Positions 9,360 to 19,900 of a DNA stretch of 64,000 nucleotides are shown in pieces. Position 1 is the first letter of the stretch, and each line of letters starts with the position of its first letter. A model generated the notes under the pieces. The model was not told the origin of the DNA. It ran no database searches and saw only the letters and a list, made by a program, of their open reading frames with translations. The position numbers were made by a program, and so were the translations under genes. The stretch comes from an uncultured virus (IMG/VR IMGVR_UViG_3300030330_006853). Lineage: Duplodnaviria > Heunggongvirae > Uroviricota > Caudoviricetes. The stretch lies in IMG/VR virus record IMGVR_UViG_3300030330_006853. One strand, given 5' to 3'.

Positions 9360-11867
9360 TTATCCTTCTGCGGCCGGGTTCTGGTTAATCGCAAAGTTGC
9401 CTCGTGTCATTCCTTCTCCAGTATTTACGGGCCTTATTGTAACCTCTTGTTCAGCAATAGTTGAGGCGAGCTTTTCACCGTCAATTAGTGCATGAACGTT
9501 AACATTTATAGAAAAACCCTCGGTGTTGATGGAGAGCTGTCCTTTGCTCATTAGTTCTCCAACACCTGATCGACTGAAATTATCTACTTGCACGTTGAGG
9601 TCTGAAAGTTGAGCCTTGACATTTTCAGCATTTTTTCCAATAGTGCTGAGAGCATCTGATACTGGTTGTAGTTGCATATTATCGATGGAAGCGATCGACG
9701 CTATCGGTGTCATAAGTGCCTCGGCGGCGTGTTTTGCAAACTCAGGAGAAGTTGTTGTTTCAATCCAGCCTTTCATCCAGCCCATCGCCGAATTAAGTCC
9801 GGCGGGGGTGAAGAGCAAAGCAGGAGACTCTGCTTGTTGAGCTTGCTGAATTGATTCGAGAGTTGTGCTCATCATTTCAGGCGCAGCGGCCTTGACTGCC
9901 TCGCTCCAGCCTTCAGCATATCCTTGGCCAGAGGACTGGCCTGCTGATAATCCAAGCTCGGGCATAGCCTTAGTTAAAGCTTCCGTAGATTGAATTTTAG
10001 GGGGCTTTTCAATTTCAGCTTTCATCGCTTTAACTGCTTGGACAGCCGGGTGGTCGGCTCCTAGCTTTTCTTCTCCCCCGAGGGCCGCAAGGCCCTGGTC
10101 GAGAGTCGCCTTGTATTGCTCAACATGTGACGGATCTAAGGTCATCCCCTTAGCCTTCATATCCATTATCATTGCACCCTGCTCGATGGTGTCGACAAGG
10201 GTTTTCATGCTCTCCTTCATTGGGCCCTTGGTTGCTGCTAGCTTTGCTGCCATCTGCTTGGCGATATCCATGTTACCTATGATGGTGCCAACTCTACCTA
10301 GTTGCTCAGCGGACTCGTGAGAAACGCCGCGGGCCCAACTCATGATGGATTTACCTGCTGGGCTCATCATAAGATTATCGCTAAATAGCTGTAGCTTATC
10401 ACCAATACCAATAAAGACGTGCTCAAGAGTTCTACTTAAAGTCCGGAAACTCTCTGCCATTTTGAGAGGCGCTTCTTTTATCTCTTGCTCACGAGACTTT
10501 CTCTTCTCCATTTGCTTCTGGAGATCGCGCTCGCCTTGGAATCGATTTTTCTGGGAGAAGACTAATCTTGCCGTAGAGGCATCTAAACCTGTTTGTGATT
10601 GGATTAGGGACAACTCTTGACGTGTCATATTTTCGGCAGATTTTCCAGCTGCAAAGAAAGCGTCACGAAGCATCTGGACTCTCTCTGCTGGGTTTTCTGC
10701 GTTCATCATCTTAACAGCGTCAACGTTTACCCCGAAAGCCTGCGATAGTTTTGCCACATTGGTGGCTGCAGCTTCAAAGTCGTCAAACCGATCTATGACG
10801 CCTACTAGCTGTTGGATGTCAGTGCCAAGCTTTCTGGCAAAGGTGGAGGCTGCAGCCATCTCATTTATTGATAAGTTTCCAAACCTGCCAAAATCTGCCA
10901 TCATCGTTGAGATATCTTTAGTAATGAAATTGGCAGTTATTCCAAAGCGATTACCAAACTCGTTGCTCTTTCCAATGATCTGACTAATTGCCTTGACTGG
11001 GTCACCGCCTAAAGCTAAAAGGTTTTTCGTCAGGCCTTGGACCGTAGCGGCGTTTAGGCGATAGGCCTTGCTGAAGGTTCCCAGAGCAATTACTTGATCT
11101 TCACCGAAATTTCCTAATGCAACATCTGCTGTTGATCCTAGCTCAGTAAGGCTTTCTGCAAGGAATTTTGCTCTTTCGGCCGCTCCTTTAGCACCGACCC
11201 CAAAGAAGTTAGTTGTGATACCAAGTCTTCTAAGACTACCGCCTAGACCTCTGCGCATTGTTACAGCTGCTCGGCCGGCGCCTTGTGACAAAGAACCTAA
11301 ATTAGATCGGATATTATTGTTAATTCTAACAAAAGGCTCAACAAATTTTCGCTCGTATTGCCTTGTTAATCCAATTGCAAAGCGCTCAGTCTCACCAATC
11401 ACCCCGCCTGCAAGCCTGCTCATAGTTCCGACAACATTCGCGAACTTAGAAGGAATGCCGTCCAGCTGATCTCCTACGCCCTCAGCCATCGTAGCAGTTG
11501 CATTTGCAATGAGCTCCATTCCCTGGCCTAAGCCTCGCTGAGTATTGCTAAACAAGCCCCCTATGCCAGAGTAAACATCTCGCAAGACCCCGATAGATTG
11601 TTTTGCAACGCCGGCTCGAAAGGAAGTCAAGCTGGCTGAACTTCTGGTTAAGACGCTTTGTGCAGTTCCCTCAGCCCTCTCAATCGTAGCTAACATGCTA
11701 TCAATTTCAGCTTGAGACTTGCCCGAGGTTGACAGCTGTGATGCCGCGGTGACTTTGGCGTCGGCTGCCATTTCTCGGTATGACGCTGCAGCGCGCTTTG
11801 CAGATTCTTCAAACTGCCTAGCAATATCAAGTTGATCCTGGGTTATGGGACCCTGATTTTCAGCCAT
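9360..11867 (-). CDS. Tail tape measure protein
   Basis: 835 aa, Ala/Gly/Met-rich and helical-looking (FDDFEAAATNVAKLSQAFG). Downstream of tube and chaperone genes. Confidence 0.75.
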   Translation of the reverse strand: MAENQGPITQDQLDIARQFEESAKRAAASYREMAADAKVTAASQLSTSGKSQAEIDSMLATIERAEGTAQSVLTRSSASLTSFRAGVAKQSIGVLRDVYSGIGGLFSNTQRGLGQGMELIANATATMAEGVGDQLDGIPSKFANVVGTMSRLAGGVIGETERFAIGLTRQYERKFVEPFVRINNNIRSNLGSLSQGAGRAAVTMRRGLGGSLRRLGITTNFFGVGAKGAAERAKFLAESLTELGSTADVALGNFGEDQVIALGTFSKAYRLNAATVQGLTKNLLALGGDPVKAISQIIGKSNEFGNRFGITANFITKDISTMMADFGRFGNLSINEMAAASTFARKLGTDIQQLVGVIDRFDDFEAAATNVAKLSQAFGVNVDAVKMMNAENPAERVQMLRDAFFAAGKSAENMTRQELSLIQSQTGLDASTARLVFSQKNRFQGERDLQKQMEKRKSREQEIKEAPLKMAESFRTLSRTLEHVFIGIGDKLQLFSDNLMMSPAGKSIMSWARGVSHESAEQLGRVGTIIGNMDIAKQMAAKLAATKGPMKESMKTLVDTIEQGAMIMDMKAKGMTLDPSHVEQYKATLDQGLAALGGEEKLGADHPAVQAVKAMKAEIEKPPKIQSTEALTKAMPELGLSAGQSSGQGYAEGWSEAVKAAAPEMMSTTLESIQQAQQAESPALLFTPAGLNSAMGWMKGWIETTTSPEFAKHAAEALMTPIASIASIDNMQLQPVSDALSTIGKNAENVKAQLSDLNVQVDNFSRSGVGELMSKGQLSINTEGFSINVNVHALIDGEKLASTIAEQEVTIRPVNTGEGMTRGNFAINQNPAAEG

Positions 11868-11875
11868 TTAAAATC

Positions 11876-12127
11876 CTATAAAGGCAAAGAAAATCCAAAG
11901 CTTTTTCGGAATTTTCTCTGGAGAATCTTTCTCTGTTCTAGCAAGTCTTTACCTGAATTTGCGCTCGATTCAGAGATAAGAGACATCTTTAAGTGGTGAC
12001 TTCTACACTCTTCGATTACTTCTCTCTGTTGCGCTGAAAACTTTGACGAAAACGGTGCTTGGACATTTAAAATTTCACATGTCACAGCTTGTATTACCAG
12101 ATCTTGAAAATTAGTTTTCTCATTCAT
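11876..12127 (-). CDS. Hypothetical protein, 83 aa
   Basis: ATG with SD AAGGAG; ends FRKSFGFSLPL. Confidence 0.65.
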   Translation of the reverse strand: MNEKTNFQDLVIQAVTCEILNVQAPFSSKFSAQQREVIEECRSHHLKMSLISESSANSGKDLLEQRKILQRKFRKSFGFSLPL

Positions 12128-12158
12128 GCAGAGACTCCTTATAGAATATATATGTGTT

Positions 12159-12425
12159 CTATGTAAATCGTCTCATTCTACTTGGAGTTTCACCTCTGGC
12201 GAAGTTCTGTAGCTTTCTAATGTCAGACTGGTTGTGGTGCGCTGCACGACTATTTGCCTGCTCTCCGGCTTCTTGAGCCTTCTTAAACTCTTTGTTGATT
12301 CTGTCAATAAACCAAACGCGATAGGCGATGGGGAGCTTATAGCACTCACTATAAGTAAAACCACCATAATACATGAGCAAAAAAGAATGCTCTAAAAATA
12401 TTTCCCGATCAGTCGGTGTCAGGCC
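12159..12425 (-). CDS. Second-frame (gpT-like) extension of the tail assembly chaperone, probably expressed by frameshifting
   Basis: Reads GLTPTDREIFLEHSFLLMYYGGFTYSECYKLPIAYRVWFIDRINKE. Overlaps the chaperone 3' end at a T7 run and has no SD-backed start of its own. Confidence 0.7.
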   Translation of the reverse strand, partial: GLTPTDREIFLEHSFLLMYYGGFTYSECYKLPIAYRVWFIDRINKEFKKAQEAGEQANSRAAHHNQSDIRKLQNFARGETPSRMRRFT

Positions 12426-13251
12426 AAAAAAACGATGGGCCAATTGGAAGGCCCACCTCCTCACTGTATCCACATGAGGGACACTCAAAGGGTCCGCGCA
12501 TCTCAATACCCGGCTCAGACTTATCCATATATCGGCGCAAAGCCAGGGAATCACGAGCAGGCATATGCCTAATAAATCTGTTAATATTATTTTTATTGTC
12601 ATCACCGTCGATCGCGATGATGGAATGCTGGAGCCTACTAGTTACATTGTTCTCGACTGCAAAGCCCTGTTTTTTCATGCGCTCGTTGATGACTGCGATT
12701 TCCATCTCGTCTTCTCCTGTCAAGAATTTAAACGTTACATTCTTTCCTGACATGGGTAGCTTGAACTGGAATCGGTTTTGCCCGGGTGCTTCTGGCTCTA
12801 TTTCAAGAGACTTAATAGGAAGATCTGCAAGATTAAACTCAGGCTTAGACGAGACTCCGCAAGAAGGGCAATCCATGTTAAGGATATACTCAGGCCCATA
12901 ACCTGTAATTCGCAAAGCAATCATCAGGGCGTTTCTGTCACCTGAGAAAAGGGTATCTGGTTCTATGCTTTTATCTGTAAGGCACGACTTAATCAGATGA
13001 GTAATTACTGTCCCTTTCTTAATCAAAGCCCGAGAAGTCAAGATATCCTCTTCGCGGGCGGTCATGCCCCTGACATCTACTGTGTCACAATTGTGAAGAG
13101 GATGATCGACCGGATAAGCTTTTCCACCAGAGGGGAGAGGCACAGTCTCTACGGGAATATCAAATCCCAGGTCTTCCTGCATTCTCTCAGGTGTAGGTCT
13201 CATCGACTCTTGATAGTTAAAAATCTCATTTCTGCCAGCATCTTCGGACAT
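12409..13251 (-). CDS. Tail/baseplate assembly chaperone (gp26-like, gpG analogue)
   Basis: VPLPSGG...MTAREEDIL...GDRNALMIALRITGYG, two CPSC zinc motifs, ends FFWPDTD. SD AGGAGG. Confidence 0.8.
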   Translation of the reverse strand: MSEDAGRNEIFNYQESMRPTPERMQEDLGFDIPVETVPLPSGGKAYPVDHPLHNCDTVDVRGMTAREEDILTSRALIKKGTVITHLIKSCLTDKSIEPDTLFSGDRNALMIALRITGYGPEYILNMDCPSCGVSSKPEFNLADLPIKSLEIEPEAPGQNRFQFKLPMSGKNVTFKFLTGEDEMEIAVINERMKKQGFAVENNVTSRLQHSIIAIDGDDNKNNINRFIRHMPARDSLALRRYMDKSEPGIEMRGPFECPSCGYSEEVGLPIGPSFFWPDTD

Positions 13252-13271
13252 AAAGCCCTCCTATTGTTTTA

Positions 13272-13300
13272 ATTGTATGGGAGTTATTGGCGCAAGTAAA
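13272..13300 (-). promoter_or_regulatory. sigma70-type promoter upstream of the chaperone gene
   Basis: TTTACT (13300-13295), 17 nt, TACAAT (13277-13272). Confidence 0.5.
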
Positions 13301-13355
13301 CATCAGCGTGAGAAATATTGCCGCCGTATTATAAATATCATCTTGCAAAAAACAC

Positions 13356-13383
13356 AAAAAAACCTCCACGAGGGAGGTTTTTT
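13356..13383. terminator. Intrinsic terminator after the tail tube gene, symmetric and so possibly bidirectional
   Basis: AAAAAAACCTCC-ACGAG-GGAGGTTTTTT. Confidence 0.8.
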
Positions 13384-13408
13384 CGACAAAAGAAAGATTA
13401 TGCGACTT

Positions 13409-13900
13409 TTAGTATTGTAAGACGCAGTTGTCATATCTCAGAGTAAGAGATATTTCTGTGGGAGCAGATGCTTCATCATAACTTAGATCACCATAGTTAG
13501 CATCAGTAATGAAAGCGCCCTTCATGTCCCAGAGCTCAACAACAGTTCCGACAGGATCTAGCAGCTTGATCTGGCAGTCACGCTTGTAAAAGTCAGCGTA
13601 GCCAGAGCGACCTGAAACGGATTCAAAGTGAGTTCTGATCCACTCCATAACTTGTTGCGCACCCGAGGGAGCGATTGGGTCATAAAGAGTAACACCCAAG
13701 GTTGCAAACTTAGTCTTTCCAGCCAAGTAGCGTGTGTGATTAATAAAACCAAGCTCAACTTCTTGTGTTTGAATTTGAGGTCTGTTTGCGGTCTTCATCA
13801 AGAAAGCGTCGATGCCCTCAATAGCGAAGACCCATCGGTACTTTCGCTTTGGCTCAAACTTATTAGGAAGCATCTCAGTTACGGACAGTGTTTCAGCCAT
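13409..13900 (-). CDS. Tail tube protein (gp19-like)
   Basis: FEPKRKYRW...LYDPIAPSGAQQVMEW...LLDPVGTVVELWDMKGAF...LTLRYD; 163 aa; follows the sheath genes. Confidence 0.9.
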   Translation of the reverse strand: MAETLSVTEMLPNKFEPKRKYRWVFAIEGIDAFLMKTANRPQIQTQEVELGFINHTRYLAGKTKFATLGVTLYDPIAPSGAQQVMEWIRTHFESVSGRSGYADFYKRDCQIKLLDPVGTVVELWDMKGAFITDANYGDLSYDEASAPTEISLTLRYDNCVLQY

Positions 13901-13951
13901 TATTAACTCCTAGCAGTCTTATATATGTATTTGCTTTATTCATTTTTTATC

Positions 13952-16933
13952 TCATAATCCTTCAGCGCCTGCGTTGGTCACGACGAAGTCGATGGAGACA
14001 AACTCAATTGAACGTGTGGGTTGCAAGAAGATCTTTCCTCGAACAGTATTGTTCTCAATATCAGCTTGCGTTGTGGTGGTGGTATCGATTAGAACCTTAA
14101 ACCTGTCAATCCCTTGCTCCTGCTGGACTCTCTGTAGTAGAGGGGTAACCAGGGCTGTAAATCTCTCAAGGGTAGATTCTCGGTTTGGTTCGAACAGAAG
14201 CGATTCTGCAACTCGCTTGACATTTCTTCTAATGTCGATTAGAAGACGTCTTACGTTGACTCTATCAAGAGCACTTTGAGCTGCCTGAAGTGTTTTTTGG
14301 CCGTAAATTACCGGGCCTGTCGCCGGGAACTTCACGATAGGATTAATATCCTTATCGTAGAGGTCATCCAAGTTACTTCTGTTAAGAGCAACGGCTGTTG
14401 ACAACGAGTTGAGTGCGCCGCGGGCGAATCCTGCTGGAGCAAACCACGGGAAGGCAACAGCGTCGTTAAAGGAGAAAGCTCCTAGAACTGCAACTGATGG
14501 CGGGACCTGGACAATGATGTTTCCAGTTCCGGCGGTTGTCTCAACTGTTGCATTAACATTCACATCTGGGAAGTATGCAGCGGCGAAGGAGGTGTCGAGG
14601 GCTCTGTCGCCGAATGCAGAGACTGTGTTTCCAACATGAACTCGCTGGAGGGACGACGTTACAACAGAATTAACTTCGTCTCTCTCTTCAATGTCCATTA
14701 GGTAAAGTGCATCGAAGCGGTCCTCAACCACATCTATGACATGGTCAGTAACATTAGAGTGTCTAATTCCTGGTATTGCTAGCAACTGTATCTCTACGTC
14801 TGCTTTTTCGCCCATAATATCAGCGGCTTTTCGATATGCTGCAGTAGCTGATCCTGCTGTAAGGCCTCTACTTGCGTCATCTGCCTCGCCCTTCACTGCA
14901 GTATTGGAAAGCTTGGATGATTCTTTATTGAAGATATCAGTTCCATCAAATCCACCCTGTAGGAAGAAGCTAAACTTCGTAAGGCGCTTAATAGCTGGCT
15001 TGGCTGTATCGTCTACGGAGAAGGCTCTTGTCTTTGTTGAAGCGTTGGCAGCAATATTACCTTTTCTGACGTATATCGCTCCTGTGAGATCGGAATCCAG
15101 AGAGGACATAAGGCCGTCGGAACCTGTAACAACCTTGACGTTCTCGAAAGAGAAAACGTTGTTGTTAAATCGGTCACAATCAAGGATAACTCCTCCGGAA
15201 TCTGCCTGATTGGGGTTGTTTCCTGTTACAAAGTTCTGGTTTGAAACCCCTATGAAGTTAGGGAAGAATTTCGTAAAAGAAGCAATAGTTGCGTCAGCAA
15301 TTCGCTCCTTGTTGGGAAGAGACGTAGATGTTCTTCTCTCAAACTGGACACCCCAGTAATACGCCTTGTTTGCAATCTTCTTGGGTGAGAGTCCATCATT
15401 TATGTCTATTCTAAGCGGGACAGGAGGCTCAACTGTCTGTTGCAAATTTGCATTGAACTTTCCGGCAGTTAAAATATTTGCACCTGAAGTTATTAGATGG
15501 TCGATGCCTCGGAAACCTAGTGGAAGAGCAGACTCAGAAACATCACCGTTGGCTACAGCGGCATCAAGAGAAATCCTGATCCTGCTTGACACGTTAGGGA
15601 AGTTGCCCTGGACTACTATTTTTTGTGATCCTTGTGCGCGGTCGAAATCGTAGAAGATATGCTGGTCCCCGATTCGACGAGCAATAAAGTTGTCAGAAGT
15701 AGGATCTAAGTTTAGTCCGCGGTAAGCTTCCAGAACAACCTTCTCTTCATCTCGATCACTAAAATCTCTTACTACAAGATCAAATGATCCAAAGTCGTTA
15801 TTAGGATCGCTCGACTTGGCGACGTTTTCAATGGATATCTTGTATCTTTGGTTTGCAACTGCACCATCAGAAATAGCGTGAACTCTAAAGAGGCTTCTTC
15901 TCTTTCCGCCGATTGTTTGAGAAATAACAAAGGGAGCATGAGGAGCTGCGTAGCGCTCTTTAAAGTTTTCGTAATTAGGAACAGCCGCTGATCCTGCATT
16001 TCTTCCTAAAGAAGAAGTTGTCAAGAAAGCAACATTTTCGTGGTTTGCTGGCTGCGCTGTTCCTGTTACAGGTAAGCATTGAGTTCCTGTGACCGCTGCA
16101 AATGCTGGGTAAACATCATACTGCGTATAAAGAACGTAACCATGATCCTGTATTGCCTCTGGATCCCTATTAAAAACATTTCCAAAGTAATTTGTTGCCA
16201 GCGGATCAAAAGAAGCAGTAACAACATTCTTGAAAGGAGTATTTCTGTGGCCGTTCAGCAACATAACAAATTCTTGCTTTCCGGAACCGATATTAACTGT
16301 CCCGGTCAGGCCGCCCTTAAGAGTTCTACTATCAACTACAGGAGAAGGTGCAGCGGAATTTCTTCCTGCAACCTTATTAGAGGATGAAAGCGTGGGAACC
16401 ACACCGGAGGCTGCAAAAACCACGCCTCGAAGAATTGGGCGTGCCCTCTCATCTCCAAGAACTTGAATTCCTGCATCACTGAATATTGTTGATCCTACCG
16501 ACTGCGACATGAAACAACCTAAGAAGAAAGTTCTTCCTAGTGGGCCGCTCTGAACTGCGTTAGGATTGTGACCTATCAGTCCGGAACCTAAAGGCTCTCT
16601 TTGACCAACAACGAATCCTGCATTTGTGACGGATCCATCAGTTGAGCTTCTTTGCTTGCCATCACCCGCACCTAAAACTCGAACATACGTTAAAGCTCGT
16701 GCGTTGTTCAGCCACTGCTGGGCTGCTAAAGGTCCGAATTTGTCACCTTTAATGGCGCCAAACTTGTTTTGAAATTCCTGGGTATCTGCAACCAGAACAG
16801 GAACAAAGGCACGCCCTTCATCAGCTGTTCCAACTACACCTGCAGGAACACCGGAAGGACCGGACTTGCTGGGAGCGGAGATATCAATTTCTCTTGTGCT
16901 GACACCTGGACTCTTAAAGGTTAACTCTGCCAT
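13952..16933 (-). CDS. Tail sheath protein, paralog 2 (gp18-like)
   Basis: SPGVSTREID N-terminus; PWFAPAGFARG, YGQKTLQ, ALDRVNVRRLLI, PTRSIEFVSIDF. Confidence 0.92.
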   Translation of the reverse strand: MAELTFKSPGVSTREIDISAPSKSGPSGVPAGVVGTADEGRAFVPVLVADTQEFQNKFGAIKGDKFGPLAAQQWLNNARALTYVRVLGAGDGKQRSSTDGSVTNAGFVVGQREPLGSGLIGHNPNAVQSGPLGRTFFLGCFMSQSVGSTIFSDAGIQVLGDERARPILRGVVFAASGVVPTLSSSNKVAGRNSAAPSPVVDSRTLKGGLTGTVNIGSGKQEFVMLLNGHRNTPFKNVVTASFDPLATNYFGNVFNRDPEAIQDHGYVLYTQYDVYPAFAAVTGTQCLPVTGTAQPANHENVAFLTTSSLGRNAGSAAVPNYENFKERYAAPHAPFVISQTIGGKRRSLFRVHAISDGAVANQRYKISIENVAKSSDPNNDFGSFDLVVRDFSDRDEEKVVLEAYRGLNLDPTSDNFIARRIGDQHIFYDFDRAQGSQKIVVQGNFPNVSSRIRISLDAAVANGDVSESALPLGFRGIDHLITSGANILTAGKFNANLQQTVEPPVPLRIDINDGLSPKKIANKAYYWGVQFERRTSTSLPNKERIADATIASFTKFFPNFIGVSNQNFVTGNNPNQADSGGVILDCDRFNNNVFSFENVKVVTGSDGLMSSLDSDLTGAIYVRKGNIAANASTKTRAFSVDDTAKPAIKRLTKFSFFLQGGFDGTDIFNKESSKLSNTAVKGEADDASRGLTAGSATAAYRKAADIMGEKADVEIQLLAIPGIRHSNVTDHVIDVVEDRFDALYLMDIEERDEVNSVVTSSLQRVHVGNTVSAFGDRALDTSFAAAYFPDVNVNATVETTAGTGNIIVQVPPSVAVLGAFSFNDAVAFPWFAPAGFARGALNSLSTAVALNRSNLDDLYDKDINPIVKFPATGPVIYGQKTLQAAQSALDRVNVRRLLIDIRRNVKRVAESLLFEPNRESTLERFTALVTPLLQRVQQEQGIDRFKVLIDTTTTTQADIENNTVRGKIFLQPTRSIEFVSIDFVVTNAGAEGL

Positions 16934-16969
16934 CAGACTTTTCTCCTGAATATGCTCAAAATATATCTA

Positions 16970-19900
16970 TTACTCAAAGCTAACTCCTGAATTGGTAATT
17001 ACGAAGTCTAGTGAAATAAACTCAATTGCACGAGTTGGAACCAGCACAATTTTACCATTTAGTCGATTTGAGAGAACATCGTCTGTAGTGTTGTTAGTAT
17101 CATCCATTACAACCTTAAAGTTCTCAATTCCGCTCTGAGCTTGTATCGTAGCTAGAATAGGTGTTACTTGAGAAATAAATCTCGCGCGAGTTGCTGGAGT
17201 GTTTTGCTCAAACAATATTCTATTAGCTACGTCCGAAACTGCTCTCTTGACCTCAAGCATCAATCTTCTTACGTTGACGCGATCCAGCGCAGATTGAGCA
17301 GCCTGCAAGGTCTTTTGCCCAAAAATCACAAATCCTTGTTGTGGGAAATTCGCGATCGGGTTAACCCTTGCATCGTAAAGTGTGTCCCTGTCACCAGCAG
17401 TTAATCGAACTCCTGTGTTCTTGACAAAATCTAAGGAGCCGCGGTTGAAGCCAGCTGGAGCAAACCACGGGAATGAAACCGCATCATTAAATCCTAGCGC
17501 AGCAATTGCTGCAACTGAAGGGGGGACTTTGACCCGTTCGTTATTTATGTCATCTTCGATTACAACATCTGGGAAGTATGCAGCCGCAGTGTTGTTATCA
17601 ATTCTTCTTCCTTCAAACTGAGTTGAAGTCTTTGATACTGAGGGGCGCTCAGAAGAATCGTCGTAGATTCTATTGTCTGAGTCGTCAAACTGTGGAATGT
17701 CCAGCAAGTAGATGGACATGCCGTAATCCTTGTTTCGACTCATAGCATGATCAGTTACAAAGCTTTCTCTAATTCCAGGAATTGCTAGAATATTAGTGCT
17801 TACAGCGAACGGATCAGTCATGATATCTGCGGCTGCCTGGTATGATCTAACGCCGCTGTTATCTTTGCCCGCTCCGTTTTGATTGGCCGCGAAGCCAGCC
17901 GGGACATAACCTGAAGCTGCTCCTCCGCCGGTATCGAGAGATACTGACTTATCATTTAAGCGGCGAGCATTTTTATCCATTGTATTGACGCCGTCAAAGC
18001 CGCCAAAGAATACATTAGTAAACTTCATAAAGTCTGTAAATCTGTTGAAAGTTACAGAAGAAGTCTGAGCAAGAAGGGTCCCAAAAGTAATTCTATTAGA
18101 AAGATCTGAGCCAACTGTAATAGTGTATTGAGTTGAGTCTGGTATTCCGTTTCTAATGTATGCAGCATCCAGCATGTGCTCAGAAACTGTCCCCGTAAGC
18201 TCTGTATCGTTGTAAACTCCTGTTGAGCTACCGCCTGCCTGGTTGGGAAGCGCAACTCTTGCCAGGGTAAACTTGTTGTCATTAAAGTTATCTGCGCCAG
18301 AGCCTGTATGAAGATTATCCATCTTCTTCAAGCCCAAGAACATGAGTTGATCTTGAAGCCCCTTGTTTACCGAAGTCCCAACGTTAGCATTCAGGTTGGC
18401 TTTGCCAACTGTTCCCGTGGAAGCCAGCGCAGTTGTCTTTACTCCAAAGTAAACCCTGTTGTCAACAACTTCAGTTGATCCGGCTTTTCCAACGAGTCCT
18501 GCAGTTGTGGAAACTGCGCCCCTGGTTGCTTTAAATGTCAAGGGGACTGGAGGAACAACCGAGCCCGTAAGGGCATCAATTGCGCTAAAACCTGCGAGTC
18601 GGGCTTGGCTTTTATTGGGCTGCTGATCTGAGTTTAGGTCATTGGTCTTCAATGCAGGAAGACCTCGGAAACCAAATGGCAGTGCAGTCGCAGGAACTAT
18701 GTCGTCAGATACGTTAGAGTGCATGACTATTCGAACAAACTTAGACTTATTGGGAAACTTGCCCTGGACCATTACGCGGCGTTCATCAGGATCATCTGCA
18801 TCAAAATTAAAGAATGCCTTCATGTCACCTATCATGCGGGCAACGTAAGTTTCAGAAGTGGGATCCAGATTACAGCCTGGGTATTCTTCTAGCACTTGTG
18901 GCGCGAAGTCAGAGTCGCCGTAAGATCTAACTTGAACTGTAAATGTTCCTCTTTCTTGTGCGGGATCTGATGATCCTCGAATTGCTTTAATAGAAACTTT
19001 GAATTTAGTGTTAGCAAATTCTCCATCTGATATTGTTTCAAAGTGAAAGAGATCGAACTCTGTGTCACCGAAAGGCTGTGATATAAACTCTGTGGTTCGA
19101 GGTGTCTGGTATCTGGCATCAAATCTACCGAATGCAACTCTAAAAGCTTGTGCTGCCGGGTTATCACTCGAAGAATGGCCTGAGCCTGAGAGCATGGCAA
19201 CTGAATTGGTTGCTCTAGCTACCGTGGCTAATTCTGGCTCAACATCAAAAGCAGCATAAAGAAGATGCTTTTCTGACGCAAATCGATCAGGATCTGTATT
19301 CAGCGTATTTCTAACATAGTTTATGCTTCTTGGATTTAGTGAGGCAGTAAAAATTCTTACTCCGGCGATATTGTCATCATTTCCGTACGATGTCCCTGCA
19401 GAAGTAGATACAAAAAGCTTGAATTCATCTTTTAGAACTGCAGCTTTTCCACCAACTGTCGCAAACTCATTGAATGAGGTTTTAATGGTTGCTCCGGTCT
19501 GGTTGTGATTAAGAACACCAAGCCTTGCATCATTTGTTGTAAACAAAACTGCTCTTACAAGATTGGCGTCAGCATTTCCGATGGTAGAATTATCAGTAAA
19601 AATTGGAAAGCCAAATGCTTCAGATGCAGAAACAACATGCTTTGCTGTTAGAAACTGCACTGTCCCCATGTGCCCAGCAGGCTGGATGTTTGCAGCAACT
19701 GCGGTTGAAGCCAAGCTAAATCCGGCATTTTTAACCGTGCCCTGAGCTCTGGTTGTATTTATATCAGAAACGGAAGTGTTGGCACCAGCACCAAGCACTC
19801 TTACGTATGTTACAGCGTCTCTGTTCTTAAGAAATTCCCGGACTGCATAGGGGCCAAATCTTTTTGAACTAAGACCTCCAAACTTAGTTTGAAAGTCAGC

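Noticed and set aside
12426..12605. N-terminal part of the ORF-track call 12159..12605 as a real overlapping protein
   Set aside because: It lies inside the chaperone gene in another frame and has no SD. Only the part after the T7 run looks protein-like.
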